Assembly: GCA_028286605.1 (NCBI GenBank)
Contig: JAQBRE010000007.1
Location: forward strand, 44,537-108,536
Origin: Parcubacteria group bacterium
GTDB taxonomy: Bacteria > Patescibacteriota > Minisyncoccia > Phycocordibacterales > Phycocordibacteraceae
DNA length: 64,000 bases
Direction of reading: 5' to 3'
Position 1 is the first letter of the stretch. Each line of letters opens with the position of its first letter. The notes below the pieces were generated by a model. It was not told the origin of the DNA. It did not search any database and saw only the letters and a list, made by a program, of their open reading frames with translations. The position numbers and the translations under genes are program-made. Shown in pieces: positions 35,505 through 44,921 of the stretch.

Positions 35505-37592
35505 ATGGCTAAGGAAGGCGCTAAAACGACTAAAAAAGTCGCTGCTAAGAGCAGCGACTATGACGCGTCCTCTATCAGCGTGCTCGAGGGTCTCGACCCG
35601 GTCCGCAAGCGCCCGGGCATGTACATCGGTACTACGGGCCCTGATGGTCTCCACCACCTTATCTGGGAAATCTTCGATAACTCGCGCGACGAAGCCATGG
35701 GCGGTTTCGCGAACGATATCGAGATCGCGCTGCTTCCGGGCGGCTATGTTCGCGTCGTCGATAACGGCCGCGGCATTCCGGTAGGCATCCATCCGAAGAC
35801 GAAAGTATCAGCGCTCGAGACTATCATGACGACGCTGCATGCAGGCGGCAAGTTCGGCGGCGAGGATTCCGGATACAAGGTATCCGGCGGTCTTCATGGC
35901 GTGGGTGCATCCGTGGTGAACGCGCTCTCGGAGCACGCGAAGGTGATTGTGCACAAGGACGGCCTCACGCACATGCAGGAATACAAGATCGGCAAGCAGA
36001 TGGCGAAAGTGAAGCAGATCGGAAAGACCAAGCACAACGGTACCGTCACGTTCTTCAAGCCGGATGTCACTATCTTCAAGGACGGCATCAGCTGGAACTG
36101 GGACAAGATCGTGAGCCATGTGCGCCAGCAGGCGTACTTGGTGAAGGGAACACGCATCTGCGTGATTGATGCCCGCGAAGCGGGCATGGTGGATTCTGAA
36201 GATGTTGCGTATGTTCGCGAGCTGAACCTTGAAGTTCCTTCGATGACCTTCTTCTTCGAAGGCGGTCTTCGTTCGCTCATCGCGTTCTATAACAAGCACC
36301 AGACGCCAGCGCACAAGAATATCTTTTACGTCGATGCAACCGATAACGAAGTAATGGTGGAAGTCGCGTTCCAGTATACGGATGACATCTCGCCGCGCCT
36401 TCTTGCCTTTGCGAATAATATTTATAATCCAGAGCTTGGCACACACGTAACCGGTTTCAAGACTGCGCTTACGCGTACGCTCAATACCTACGCACGCACT
36501 TCAGGAATCCTGAAAGAAAGCGAAGAGAATTTCACGGGTGACGACGTGCTCGAAGGTATCACTGCCGTGGTTTCCGTTAAGATGCCCGAGATTCAGTTCG
36601 AAGGACAGACGAAAGGAAAGCTGGGTTCCGTTGAGGCGCAGGGCGCCGTAGCGACCGTGTTCGGCGGCGCACTCACCACCTTCCTCGAAGAGAATCCAGA
36701 AGACGGTCGCGCTATCGTGAACAAAGTATTGCTCGCGCTCAAGGCTCGCAAAGCGGCAAAAGCGGCGAAGGACTCCGTCCTTCGCAAGGGCGCCCTCGAG
36801 GGCATGACCCTTCCGGGCAAGCTCGCAGACTGTCAGACAAAAGACCCTGCAGAGTCAGAGATTTTCATCGTAGAGGGAGATTCGGCAGGAGGTTCGGCAA
36901 AGACCGGCCGTGACCGTCGCACCCAGGCAATTCTGCCACTTCGCGGCAAGATTCTGAACATCGAGCGCGCACGTCTCGATAAGATGCTCGCGTCCGAGCA
37001 GATCAAGAACCTCGTCGTCGCTATGGGAACCGCTATCGGCGATATCTTCGACCTTTCCAAGCTCCGCTACCACAAGATCATCATCGCGACTGACGCTGAC
37101 GTGGACGGCGCACACATTCGTACGCTCCTGCTTACGCTCTTCTATCGCCACTTCCGCCCGATCATCGATGGCGGCTTCATATACATCGCCCAGCCACCGC
37201 TCTACAAGATCAAGCGCGGAAAGGAAGTCATGTACGCCTATTCAGACCAGGAGAAATTCCAGCTGCTCGGCCCTGATGCAGATATGGCCGTAGACGCCGG
37301 CGAAGAAGAGCAGGGAACCGATGAAGACCCGGAAGGCGAGACTCCCGAGCAGGAGGTTACGACCAAGAAGGGCGCCAAGGTTTCTATTCAGCGATACAAG
37401 GGTCTCGGTGAGATGAACCCGGACGAGCTTTGGGAGACCACCATGAACCCTGCGAACCGCGTCCTTAAGCGCGTAACCGTTGAAGACGCTACCGATGCAG
37501 ATCGCATCTTCGACATCCTCATGGGTTCCGATGTGCCTTCTCGCAAGTCCTTCATCCAGAGCAACGCGAAGCTCGCGAACCTCGACGTCTAA
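35505..37592 (+). CDS. gyrB: DNA gyrase subunit B
   Basis: ISVLEGLDPVRKRPGMYIGTTGPDGLHHLIWEIFDNSRDEAMGG (GHKL ATPase N-terminus), a TOPRIM EGDSAGGS motif, and a C-terminal QRYKGLGEMNP. Confidence 0.95.
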   Translation: MAKEGAKTTKKVAAKSSDYDASSISVLEGLDPVRKRPGMYIGTTGPDGLHHLIWEIFDNSRDEAMGGFANDIEIALLPGGYVRVVDNGRGIPVGIHPKTKVSALETIMTTLHAGGKFGGEDSGYKVSGGLHGVGASVVNALSEHAKVIVHKDGLTHMQEYKIGKQMAKVKQIGKTKHNGTVTFFKPDVTIFKDGISWNWDKIVSHVRQQAYLVKGTRICVIDAREAGMVDSEDVAYVRELNLEVPSMTFFFEGGLRSLIAFYNKHQTPAHKNIFYVDATDNEVMVEVAFQYTDDISPRLLAFANNIYNPELGTHVTGFKTALTRTLNTYARTSGILKESEENFTGDDVLEGITAVVSVKMPEIQFEGQTKGKLGSVEAQGAVATVFGGALTTFLEENPEDGRAIVNKVLLALKARKAAKAAKDSVLRKGALEGMTLPGKLADCQTKDPAESEIFIVEGDSAGGSAKTGRDRRTQAILPLRGKILNIERARLDKMLASEQIKNLVVAMGTAIGDIFDLSKLRYHKIIIATDADVDGAHIRTLLLTLFYRHFRPIIDGGFIYIAQPPLYKIKRGKEVMYAYSDQEKFQLLGPDADMAVDAGEEEQGTDEDPEGETPEQEVTTKKGAKVSIQRYKGLGEMNPDELWETTMNPANRVLKRVTVEDATDADRIFDILMGSDVPSRKSFIQSNAKLANLDV

Positions 37593-37599
37593 GAGATAA

Positions 37600-37636
37600 A
37601 AAGAAACCGCCCTCCTAGGAGGGCGGTTTCTTTTTA
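37600..37636. terminator. Bidirectional rho-independent terminator
   Basis: aaagaaaccgccctcc-tagga-gggcggtttcttttt lies between convergent gyrB and the - strand gene. Confidence 0.8.
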
Positions 37637-37640
37637 TCTC

Positions 37641-38429
37641 TTACTGAATCGTGATGCTTGAAGCGGCGCTGTTGTTCGCTTCGCTCGATTCGCTTACGAG
37701 ATTGTTCGGGTCAACCGTAACGGTAAGAGTGCGATTACCGGTCTGTGCCTGATTGAAGCCGAGCGTGTATTCGATGTGCTCGCCCGGGCGCAGCGACTGC
37801 TGAGGATTCGAATTGTACGTGAAGGTATTCGAAGTAGGGAGGGTGGCTTTGAAAGTCCACGTGCCGCTGATGTTCGTACCGACGTTCGTAACACTGAACT
37901 TCACTGCTGCATTGTCACCGCGAGGAACCGAAGTGCCTGCAACGAAATCATCCGTCGAGTTTCCTGTAAGGAATCCCGTCTGAGTAATCGTAACGGCGAG
38001 GTCGGGCTGGCCATAGAGGGGTGCGGTAGACGCACCGCCTGCATTGATGGTCGTGGTCGTCTTAGGACCTGCGTTCGTTGCTACCGGTGTACCGGTGTTT
38101 CCTAGAAGAGGAGAGGTGACCGTCGTACTCGTTGCGTTCGCAAGAGTGGTAGAAGCCGTCGTGGTCGCCGCAAAAGAGACCGTCTGAGGAACGACCGTGA
38201 GGTCGGTCTTCTTCGCCGGTTCGAATACCTGTGAAAGGTACACGGCTGCAGATCCGACGCGGCTGACAGCTGCAGGGACAAAACGCGCTGAATAAATAGC
38301 GAGCATGATACCGAGCAGGATAAGCGTGATAAAGCCCACGACCGCGAGGCCGTGCACTGCCGCCATCCGACGCGGGTTGCGAGTGATCGTTGTCTTTGTC
38401 GTCATTTCCATATGCCTAGTATGTACCAC
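37641..38429 (-). CDS. N-terminally membrane-anchored CARDB-like domain protein
   Basis: TM helix LAVVGFITLILLGIMLAIYSA, a Thr-rich linker, and a C-terminal PDLAVTITQ...VTNVG...LRPGEH...VTVDPNNLVSESSEANN that matches the CARDB-type adhesion-domain pattern. Confidence 0.55.
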   Translation of the reverse strand: MVHTRHMEMTTKTTITRNPRRMAAVHGLAVVGFITLILLGIMLAIYSARFVPAAVSRVGSAAVYLSQVFEPAKKTDLTVVPQTVSFAATTTASTTLANATSTTVTSPLLGNTGTPVATNAGPKTTTTINAGGASTAPLYGQPDLAVTITQTGFLTGNSTDDFVAGTSVPRGDNAAVKFSVTNVGTNISGTWTFKATLPTSNTFTYNSNPQQSLRPGEHIEYTLGFNQAQTGNRTLTVTVDPNNLVSESSEANNSAASSITIQ

Positions 38430-38480
38430 AAGGTATTTATAGTGTCAAGTATTTCAAGTGTCGATACATGCCCACAAGAG

Positions 38481-38509
38481 CTTGACATTGCAGCTATTAT
38501 GGTGTAAAT
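38481..38509 (+). promoter_or_regulatory. Candidate sigma-70-like promoter for the sortase gene
   Basis: TTGACA at 38481-38486, a 17-nt spacer, then TAAATA at 38504-38509, in an AT-rich divergent intergenic region. Confidence 0.35.
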
Positions 38510-38523
38510 ATGTACAAGACGAT

Positions 38524-39195
38524 ATGGCAAACAACGGACCAGCAACCATAGCTGCCGTACGGGGAATCCGTGCAGGGCAGAAGGCACTGACCAAGAAGTG
38601 GAGCTTCATGGCAGTTTTTGCGTTGGTATTCCTTAGCTCGTTCGGCAGCCTCGCGGCGCTGGACCTGCTTCCGGATGCTTCCAAGGCAGAGGCTGCAAAG
38701 CCCGCAACTACTACTCTTACGGCTTCAGCCGTAGAGGCAGCGCCGACTCCTGAACTCCCGACTAAGATCGAGATTCCTGCTATCAAGCTTTCCGTTACCG
38801 TATCGAACCCAACGTCCACTGATGCGCAGGTACTGGATAATGCGCTCCTCACCGGAGCCGTCCGTTACCCGTCTTCATCAGAACTTGGGGAACAAGGGAA
38901 TGTAATCATATTTGGCCACTCGAGCTACCTGCCAATCGTGAACAACCCCGCCTACAAAACCTTCGATGGCATCCAGAACCTGAAGACCGGCGACCGCATC
39001 ACGGTTACCGGTTCCGGTCATACCTATGTATATTCTGTGCAGTCGGTACAGAAGGAGAACACAGCGACCGGCGCAATTCCTCTTACGGTTTCAGGCAGCG
39101 TACTTACGCTCGCTACCTGTAACTCGTTCGAGACTACGTCAGACCGTTTCGTCGTTACGGCGAATCTTGTCGAGAGCGACCCGCTCGGAGCGTAA
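38524..39195 (+). CDS. Sortase-family transpeptidase
   Basis: N-terminal TM anchor, then VIIFGHSSYLP ... GDRITVTGSGHTYVYSV ... LTLATCNSF...DRFVV. This gives the His, TLxTC catalytic Cys and Arg triad pattern. Confidence 0.8.
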   Translation: MANNGPATIAAVRGIRAGQKALTKKWSFMAVFALVFLSSFGSLAALDLLPDASKAEAAKPATTTLTASAVEAAPTPELPTKIEIPAIKLSVTVSNPTSTDAQVLDNALLTGAVRYPSSSELGEQGNVIIFGHSSYLPIVNNPAYKTFDGIQNLKTGDRITVTGSGHTYVYSVQSVQKENTATGAIPLTVSGSVLTLATCNSFETTSDRFVVTANLVESDPLGA

Positions 39196-39284
39196 GCTCT
39201 TATCGGATCGCTCGCGGTAAGCAATTACTTCGAGCCTCGCCCGCAAGGGATGGAGCAACCCAGAACCTTAATAGGAGAATCGCG

Positions 39285-40490
39285 ATGAAAATCGCCCTAC
39301 TCGCGGCGTTGCTCCTCATCGGCGCGACGGCCGCAACGGCCCAAACCATCCCGCAACCCATCATCCACAAGGAAGCTACGGCTACGGCCACGACCAAGAC
39401 GCCTGATGGGAAGGTGATCACGCAGACGAGCAAGGTTGCTACGGACACTCCGGTGGCTGTACCCCCTGCGAAACCTGCGCCGCCGGCTCCGAAGGCGCAA
39501 TCTGCGCCCCCGAAGCCTGCGGCTACGCCGACTACTGCTCATAGGGTTCATCCCTACGAACAAGTGGTGGTCGGCATGAAGAATAACCAGGACCTCGCCA
39601 ATCACATTGACGCGAGCCTGGCCATCGATCCGACTGGTAATCGTCCGGTTAACTTGGCCATGTGCCAACCGAATGGCTATTCATGCGGGACGCCAAACAT
39701 TCTACTGAGACTTGCTCTTAGGTCGGATCCCGACCGAAAGGGCAGGCTGACGCTGCAGAATCTTTCGGCCTTCGTGCGGATTCTCGTCCTCGCCAAAGAC
39801 TCTGATCCTCCGGGATCGCAGCGCTGGATGGGATGCATCCTCCGTAACACGAAACAGGAAAAATGGGACTGCATGACGCGGCCCTATGACCCGGGTGAGA
39901 AGGTCTACGTCGATCCCGAGAACATGAAGCCGGTGATACCGCTTAACTGCGTCAACTTCATCGGGGACATTGTTCCCGAAAATGGTTGCGCGTACATCTA
40001 CTTCAGTCTGCACGAGACTGACGAGGTGCACGTTGGTCCTGAGCAGGACAATCTCAAGTATTCTGAAGACGACGTCTGCCGGCCTGCAATTCAGGAGCCG
40101 AACGACAACGAATTCAGAAGTGCATTGATCTTCGATCAGTGCCCTCGAGTTGTCTGCAATAACCTCGGAAAGTGGTTCAGCTTCAAAGCGCCGGTTTCTG
40201 GAATCTACATCCTCCGGCTGCCCAAGAGCGTCGCCTATTCCGATGTCGTACTCGACTTCTGTGATCTGTTTGCGGACGGTACTCAAACCGTTCCGAGCCA
40301 GATCTCGAAGACGGCCTACACTCGGCGCTGGCGTGCCTATCTCGACTTCCCAGACAAAGAGATGTCGAAGGCGTCGCGCGCAGAAATCAGCTGGGTCGGC
40401 ACGGTGCGTACCTGGGAGCTGTCTGACAAGCGGGCCTTCAAAGGCATGCGCCCCGCACCGGATCAACCAGTCGGGACACCGCCGAAGTAG
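39285..40490 (+). CDS. Secreted hypothetical protein (signal peptide, Pro/Ala-rich linker, Cys-containing globular part)
   Basis: MKIALLAALLLIGATAATAQT signal peptide and a PPAKPAPPAPKAQSAPPKPAATP linker. No recognisable family. Confidence 0.5.
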   Translation: MKIALLAALLLIGATAATAQTIPQPIIHKEATATATTKTPDGKVITQTSKVATDTPVAVPPAKPAPPAPKAQSAPPKPAATPTTAHRVHPYEQVVVGMKNNQDLANHIDASLAIDPTGNRPVNLAMCQPNGYSCGTPNILLRLALRSDPDRKGRLTLQNLSAFVRILVLAKDSDPPGSQRWMGCILRNTKQEKWDCMTRPYDPGEKVYVDPENMKPVIPLNCVNFIGDIVPENGCAYIYFSLHETDEVHVGPEQDNLKYSEDDVCRPAIQEPNDNEFRSALIFDQCPRVVCNNLGKWFSFKAPVSGIYILRLPKSVAYSDVVLDFCDLFADGTQTVPSQISKTAYTRRWRAYLDFPDKEMSKASRAEISWVGTVRTWELSDKRAFKGMRPAPDQPVGTPPK

Positions 40491-40627
40491 GAAGGTAGTG
40501 GTGAGCGCTTCGGTGCTCACCACACCTCTCCTTTTTTATACGCCGCACTGCGGCAGGGAATTATTTCACAAATTACTAGCGTGCGACGAAAACACCTATG
40601 ACAACAACACAAACCAACAAAAAGAAT

Positions 40628-42667
40628 ATGAAGCTCCAGCCGATCCTGTCGGGTGTATTCGCCGTTCTGCTCGTTCTTGCTGCAGGTACTGCTGCTGGAT
40701 ATGCATCTGGCTTCGGCTCTCCGGCTGAAGCGTATGCACAGGCATTCGTCGAACCAATCACTATTGTTGCGCCGGTGATTGTCCCTGTTATTGCACCGGC
40801 CCCGGTAATCATTCCTGTCGTGGTCCCTGTCATTCCTATTGTTGTGCCCACAACGGTGGCACAGAGTACTCCATCTACAGCTTCAAACCCTACCGTTTCT
40901 GAAGCCACCGTTACTTCTGCAGGAAGTGGCGGTGATGACACGATTACCGGTACGCCAGGTAGTGATGTGGTAACTACTGCTGCTACTGTTTCTGAACTTA
41001 CTGTCGCGGGTGCGACCGCCAGCGGCGATACCGATTCTCACGGCAAACATCCTTGTTGCCAGACTCAAACTTCTGGCTCAGGCTCAACCGTTTCTACTCT
41101 TACTATTGATGCACCATCATCAGTTGATACCGATTCTCACGGTACCCATCCTTGTTGCCAGGTTGATGTGACGACTCCATCGACGGTGGTTACTACGCCT
41201 GTCGTTACGACTCCGGTAGGAACGACACCTGTCGTAGTTACACCACCCACCACGACGCCACCCGGCGGCTGTACGAGCAACTGTACTCCGCCCCCCACTG
41301 GCGCTGCGTGTATTTCACTTACGGCAACGCCGACAACGATTAATTCTGGTGATGCGGTCACGCTTACGTGGCAGACCAGTAATGCGACCTCTATAACTAT
41401 TGATAATGGCGGAGGCACATTCACTACAGCGACGGGCACTACGATCGTGCACCCGACTACTAACACGACATACACCGCGACTGTTTCCAATGGAACGCAG
41501 AGCGTGCAGTGTAAGGCTACGGTAACTATTGCAGCAACAACGACGCCACCCGGCGGCGGTTGTACCACTGACTGCGGCACCTCAACTACGACACCCCCAG
41601 GCGGAGGTTGTACTACCGACTGTGGCACTTCAACTACGACGCCACCCGGCGGAGGCGGAGGCTGCGTCACTAATTGTGGTGGCGGTGGAGGAGGGGGCGG
41701 TGGAGGCGGCCCGAGCATCTTGCTCGCGTCTTCCCAGCCGCTTGCATCCGTCTATCTTTCGCAGATTCCGTATACGGGTCTCGATCTCGGGCCTGTCGGT
41801 ACGGCCATCTATTGGCTGACACTTATCATCTGGAGTCTTGCTGCTGCGTATCTGATTCTGTTCGCCGGCGTACCGTTCGCGCTTCGCCGTGCAAAGAGTT
41901 TTGGCGGCAGCGTACAGACTGCGCTTAATGCGCAGCCAGCTGCACCGGCGCCCATGCCAGCGTATGAAGCTCCGACTTCTGCACCAATGCCGGTAGCGTC
42001 GATTCCTACGTATGTGCCACCAGCACCAGCTGCTCACATTGCTCCGATCGAAGTGTATGCAGCGTCAGTTGCAACACCTTCGCACAGCGTGCTTTCTCGC
42101 GACGGCTTCAAGTCCTTCGCGACCGGTGACGCGCTCACTATCGACGACATCGTAAAGGGACTTTCCCGCGAGTCCGGCATGGTATTCTCGCAGCACCTCG
42201 AAGAGGAAGCTCCGGCACCTATGCCCGCGTACGAAGCGCCAGTAGCAATGCCGAAGGAAGAGGCAAAGCTTGAGCGCGTTGCTCCTGCGTTCACGCTTTC
42301 TCAGGAAGCGTCTGCAAATATTGCACCTGCGATCGTGTACTCGGATGATGTCTCTGGATTCCTTAGCGCACTCCTTTCAGGAGATCGCGACACTGTCTTC
42401 GGTACGCTTCGCAATGTGAATCGTGCGGGTGGCGATACGCAGGACTTCCTTGCGCACGCTGTCTGTGCCCTCGACGATGCCTATCGTGCGCGTATCGACG
42501 GTACCTCGGTTCATCCTGAAATCGCACGCATCACCTCTGATTGCGCGACGAACTTCCTTGAGCGCCTCGTCTCTTCGCTCGCAACGGCTATCGATGCAAG
42601 CTACTCAGCTGGCCTCACCGGTTCGAAGCTTGCGATCACTCGCGCGCTTGCTGTGGTGAACGGATAA
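40628..42667 (+). CDS. Repeat-containing single-pass membrane/surface protein with internal LPxTG-like (IPYTG) sorting-signal-like segment
   Basis: Signal-like N-terminus. Duplicated DTDSHG(K/T)HPCCQ motif. Three copies of a TTPPGGGCTTDCGTSTT unit (tandem 51-nt repeats at about 41540-41710). A poly-Gly run. QIPYTG followed by a 22-residue hydrophobic segment and RRAK. A cytoplasmic tail with duplicated APAPMPAYEAP. Confidence 0.6.
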   Translation: MKLQPILSGVFAVLLVLAAGTAAGYASGFGSPAEAYAQAFVEPITIVAPVIVPVIAPAPVIIPVVVPVIPIVVPTTVAQSTPSTASNPTVSEATVTSAGSGGDDTITGTPGSDVVTTAATVSELTVAGATASGDTDSHGKHPCCQTQTSGSGSTVSTLTIDAPSSVDTDSHGTHPCCQVDVTTPSTVVTTPVVTTPVGTTPVVVTPPTTTPPGGCTSNCTPPPTGAACISLTATPTTINSGDAVTLTWQTSNATSITIDNGGGTFTTATGTTIVHPTTNTTYTATVSNGTQSVQCKATVTIAATTTPPGGGCTTDCGTSTTTPPGGGCTTDCGTSTTTPPGGGGGCVTNCGGGGGGGGGGGPSILLASSQPLASVYLSQIPYTGLDLGPVGTAIYWLTLIIWSLAAAYLILFAGVPFALRRAKSFGGSVQTALNAQPAAPAPMPAYEAPTSAPMPVASIPTYVPPAPAAHIAPIEVYAASVATPSHSVLSRDGFKSFATGDALTIDDIVKGLSRESGMVFSQHLEEEAPAPMPAYEAPVAMPKEEAKLERVAPAFTLSQEASANIAPAIVYSDDVSGFLSALLSGDRDTVFGTLRNVNRAGGDTQDFLAHAVCALDDAYRARIDGTSVHPEIARITSDCATNFLERLVSSLATAIDASYSAGLTGSKLAITRALAVVNG

Positions 42668-42685
42668 GAGAATTAACATAAAGTA

Positions 42686-42724
42686 AAAGGAAAGAGCCCG
42701 CTTCGCGGGCTCTTTCCTTTTTAT
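42686..42724 (+). terminator. Rho-independent terminator
   Basis: aaaggaaagagcccgc-ttc-gcgggctctttccttttt. Confidence 0.8.
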
Positions 42725-42777
42725 ATATCTAGGGTATAATTAAACGGAAGTTCACACGAGTTCATTGGGAGGGAATA

Positions 42778-43032
42778 ATGCGAACCGATAGAGGTAAAGT
42801 CGTCGACATCCGCGGATATCGCGCACCGAGGCTGATACACGGGTACGATCTCGTCTCAGTACTCGCCTTTATTTTAGTTGGAGGCTGGCTGCTGTATGCG
42901 CTAATCGCGAGCATCTCGCTGGGTTCGCCCAAGCATGTGCCGCGTGAAGCAATGCCAACCGCGTCCGACACCATACGCGGCCTGGACTCGACGCTGATCA
43001 ACCAGTACCAATCGCCGCCGCGCTACCGCTAG
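42778..43032 (+). CDS. Small (84 aa) membrane protein, hypothetical
   Basis: A strong SD (gggagggaataATG) and one TM helix (LVSVLAFILVGGWLLYALIASISL). A terminator follows. Confidence 0.45.
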   Translation: MRTDRGKVVDIRGYRAPRLIHGYDLVSVLAFILVGGWLLYALIASISLGSPKHVPREAMPTASDTIRGLDSTLINQYQSPPRYR

Positions 43033-43050
43033 CGCATGCACGTTGCATAC

Positions 43051-43086
43051 GAAAAACGCCGAGCCCTTAGGCTCGGCGTTTTCTCT
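43051..43086. terminator. Bidirectional rho-independent terminator
   Basis: gaaaaacgccgagcc-ctta-ggctcggcgttttctc lies between convergent genes. Confidence 0.8.
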
Positions 43087-43103
43087 TGCGTTACGTTCGT
43101 GTC

Positions 43104-44846
43104 TTACGCGCGGTTCGCGATCTCTTTCTTTACTCGTTCTACGAAATCTCCCACAGGCACCGCATCGAGTTTTCCTTCGTCACGGCTCTCGACGGTAACG
43201 GTCTTCGCCTCAGACTCTGCATCACCGATAACGAGGACGTACGGAATCTTCAAGCCCTTCGCGTTACGAATGCGCTTGCCAAGGGAATCACCATCATCCA
43301 TTTCTGCACGAATACCCGCAGTACGTAGCTGCGCAAGAACTTCTTCGCCATACTCCGTATGCTTTTCTGAAACCGGAAGGACACGCACCTGTATCGGCGC
43401 AAGCCAGGTAGGGAAGGCACCAGCCGTATGTTCGATGTATACGCCCATGAAGCGGTCGATCGTACCGAGCAGCGCCTTGTGAATCATGACCGGAGTCTTC
43501 TTTGTTCCATCTGAATCAGTATATTCAAGGCTGAAGCGCTGTGGTTGCACGAAGTCGAGTTGCTCTGTCGCGCACTGCCACTCACGGCCGAGCGCATCAA
43601 CCACCATGATGTCGATCTTCGGACCATAGAACGCAGCTTCGCCAGGCGCGACTTCGTAGTTCAGTTCGAGTTTCTTCGCCACTTCAAGAATAGTCGCCTC
43701 TGCTTCTTTCCAGAGCTGCGGGTCACCAAGATATTTCTCCGGCTTCGCAGAATCACTGAAGGAAAGGCGCGCGCGGAATTCCATGCCGAGGGTGCCGTAC
43801 ATCTTCTTGATCATGTTCATGATCGCTTCGAATTCTCCCTGGATCTGGTCAGGACGGCAGAAGATGTGTGCGTCATCTTGCGTAAGGGAACGGACACGGG
43901 TAAGGCCAGAAAGTTCGCCGGTCTTCTCATCGCGATAACAGGTCGTGGTTTCCATATAGCGAACAGGGAGGTCGCGGTAGCTACGCGGCTTTGCAGCGTA
44001 GATCTGCGTGTGGTGCGGGCAGTTCATCGGCTTGAGCGCGAACTCGTCTGAAGACTCTTGGCTCTTAACGAGGAAGAGCTCGTCACCGAACTTATCCCAA
44101 TGGCCGGACGTCTTATACAGGTCGATCTTCGTGATGTGCGGAATCCATACTTTCTGGAATCCATGAGCGCGCTGCAATTCTTCTGAGAACTTCGCGAGTT
44201 CTTCGCGGATGATCGTGCCGTTCGGCGTATAGAGAGGGAGGCCGGAACCAACAAGCGGAGAGAAGGTGAAGAGATCGAGCTCAACGCCCAGCTTGCGGTG
44301 GTCGCGCTTCTTCGCGTCTTCTATTTTCTCGTGATACGCAGCAAGGTCTTCCTTCGTGTCGAAGGCGAGGCCGTATATGCGCGTGAGCATCGGATTCTTC
44401 TCGTCACCGCGCCAGTATGCGCCCGCGATACGGTCGAGCGTGAATGAATCTGCTTTGATGTCTTTCGACGGGTGCTCGCTATGGCCGCCACGGCAGAGGT
44501 CGGTAAAATCTCCGGCAGTGTAGAGCGTTATCTTTTCGCCGGACTGCACGATGCCGTTGATGAGTTCGAGCTTGAAGGGATTTCCTTCGAACCGAGCGCG
44601 AGCATCTGCTTCGGATACTTCAGTGCCCGTCATATCGCTCCACGAGGGAAGCATCTCGCGCATCGAATTCTCAAGCTCAGCTAAATCAGCTTCACCAGGC
44701 ATGTCGCCACCAGTGAAATCGAAGTCATAATAAAAGCCATTTTCGACAGCCGGGCCGATGGTTGGCTTAGCATGTGGGTACCGCTCCGCTACGGCTGCAG
44801 CCAATAAATGAGCCAATGTGTGGCGCTTTTCTTCGAGGGAAGTCAT
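43104..44846 (-). CDS. thrS: Threonine--tRNA ligase (lacks N-terminal TGS domain)
   Basis: KPMNCPHHTQIY and RVRSLTQDDAHIF are class II ThrRS motifs. The HTLAHLL N2-domain start aligns with E. coli HSCAHLL. Start taken at the internal Met (MTSLEE). Confidence 0.95.
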   Translation of the reverse strand: MTSLEEKRHTLAHLLAAAVAERYPHAKPTIGPAVENGFYYDFDFTGGDMPGEADLAELENSMREMLPSWSDMTGTEVSEADARARFEGNPFKLELINGIVQSGEKITLYTAGDFTDLCRGGHSEHPSKDIKADSFTLDRIAGAYWRGDEKNPMLTRIYGLAFDTKEDLAAYHEKIEDAKKRDHRKLGVELDLFTFSPLVGSGLPLYTPNGTIIREELAKFSEELQRAHGFQKVWIPHITKIDLYKTSGHWDKFGDELFLVKSQESSDEFALKPMNCPHHTQIYAAKPRSYRDLPVRYMETTTCYRDEKTGELSGLTRVRSLTQDDAHIFCRPDQIQGEFEAIMNMIKKMYGTLGMEFRARLSFSDSAKPEKYLGDPQLWKEAEATILEVAKKLELNYEVAPGEAAFYGPKIDIMVVDALGREWQCATEQLDFVQPQRFSLEYTDSDGTKKTPVMIHKALLGTIDRFMGVYIEHTAGAFPTWLAPIQVRVLPVSEKHTEYGEEVLAQLRTAGIRAEMDDGDSLGKRIRNAKGLKIPYVLVIGDAESEAKTVTVESRDEGKLDAVPVGDFVERVKKEIANRA

Positions 44847-44921
44847 AGGTATGAGAATACCATAATAGATAAAATATAAGAGAAAGGGCGGCCCTCGGAA
44901 GGGCCGCCACTGGCTGAGCAA

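Noticed and set aside
41762-41779. IPYTG as a canonical C-terminal sortase sorting signal
   Set aside because: The motif is about 250 residues from the C-terminus. It is reported only as a non-canonical possibility.
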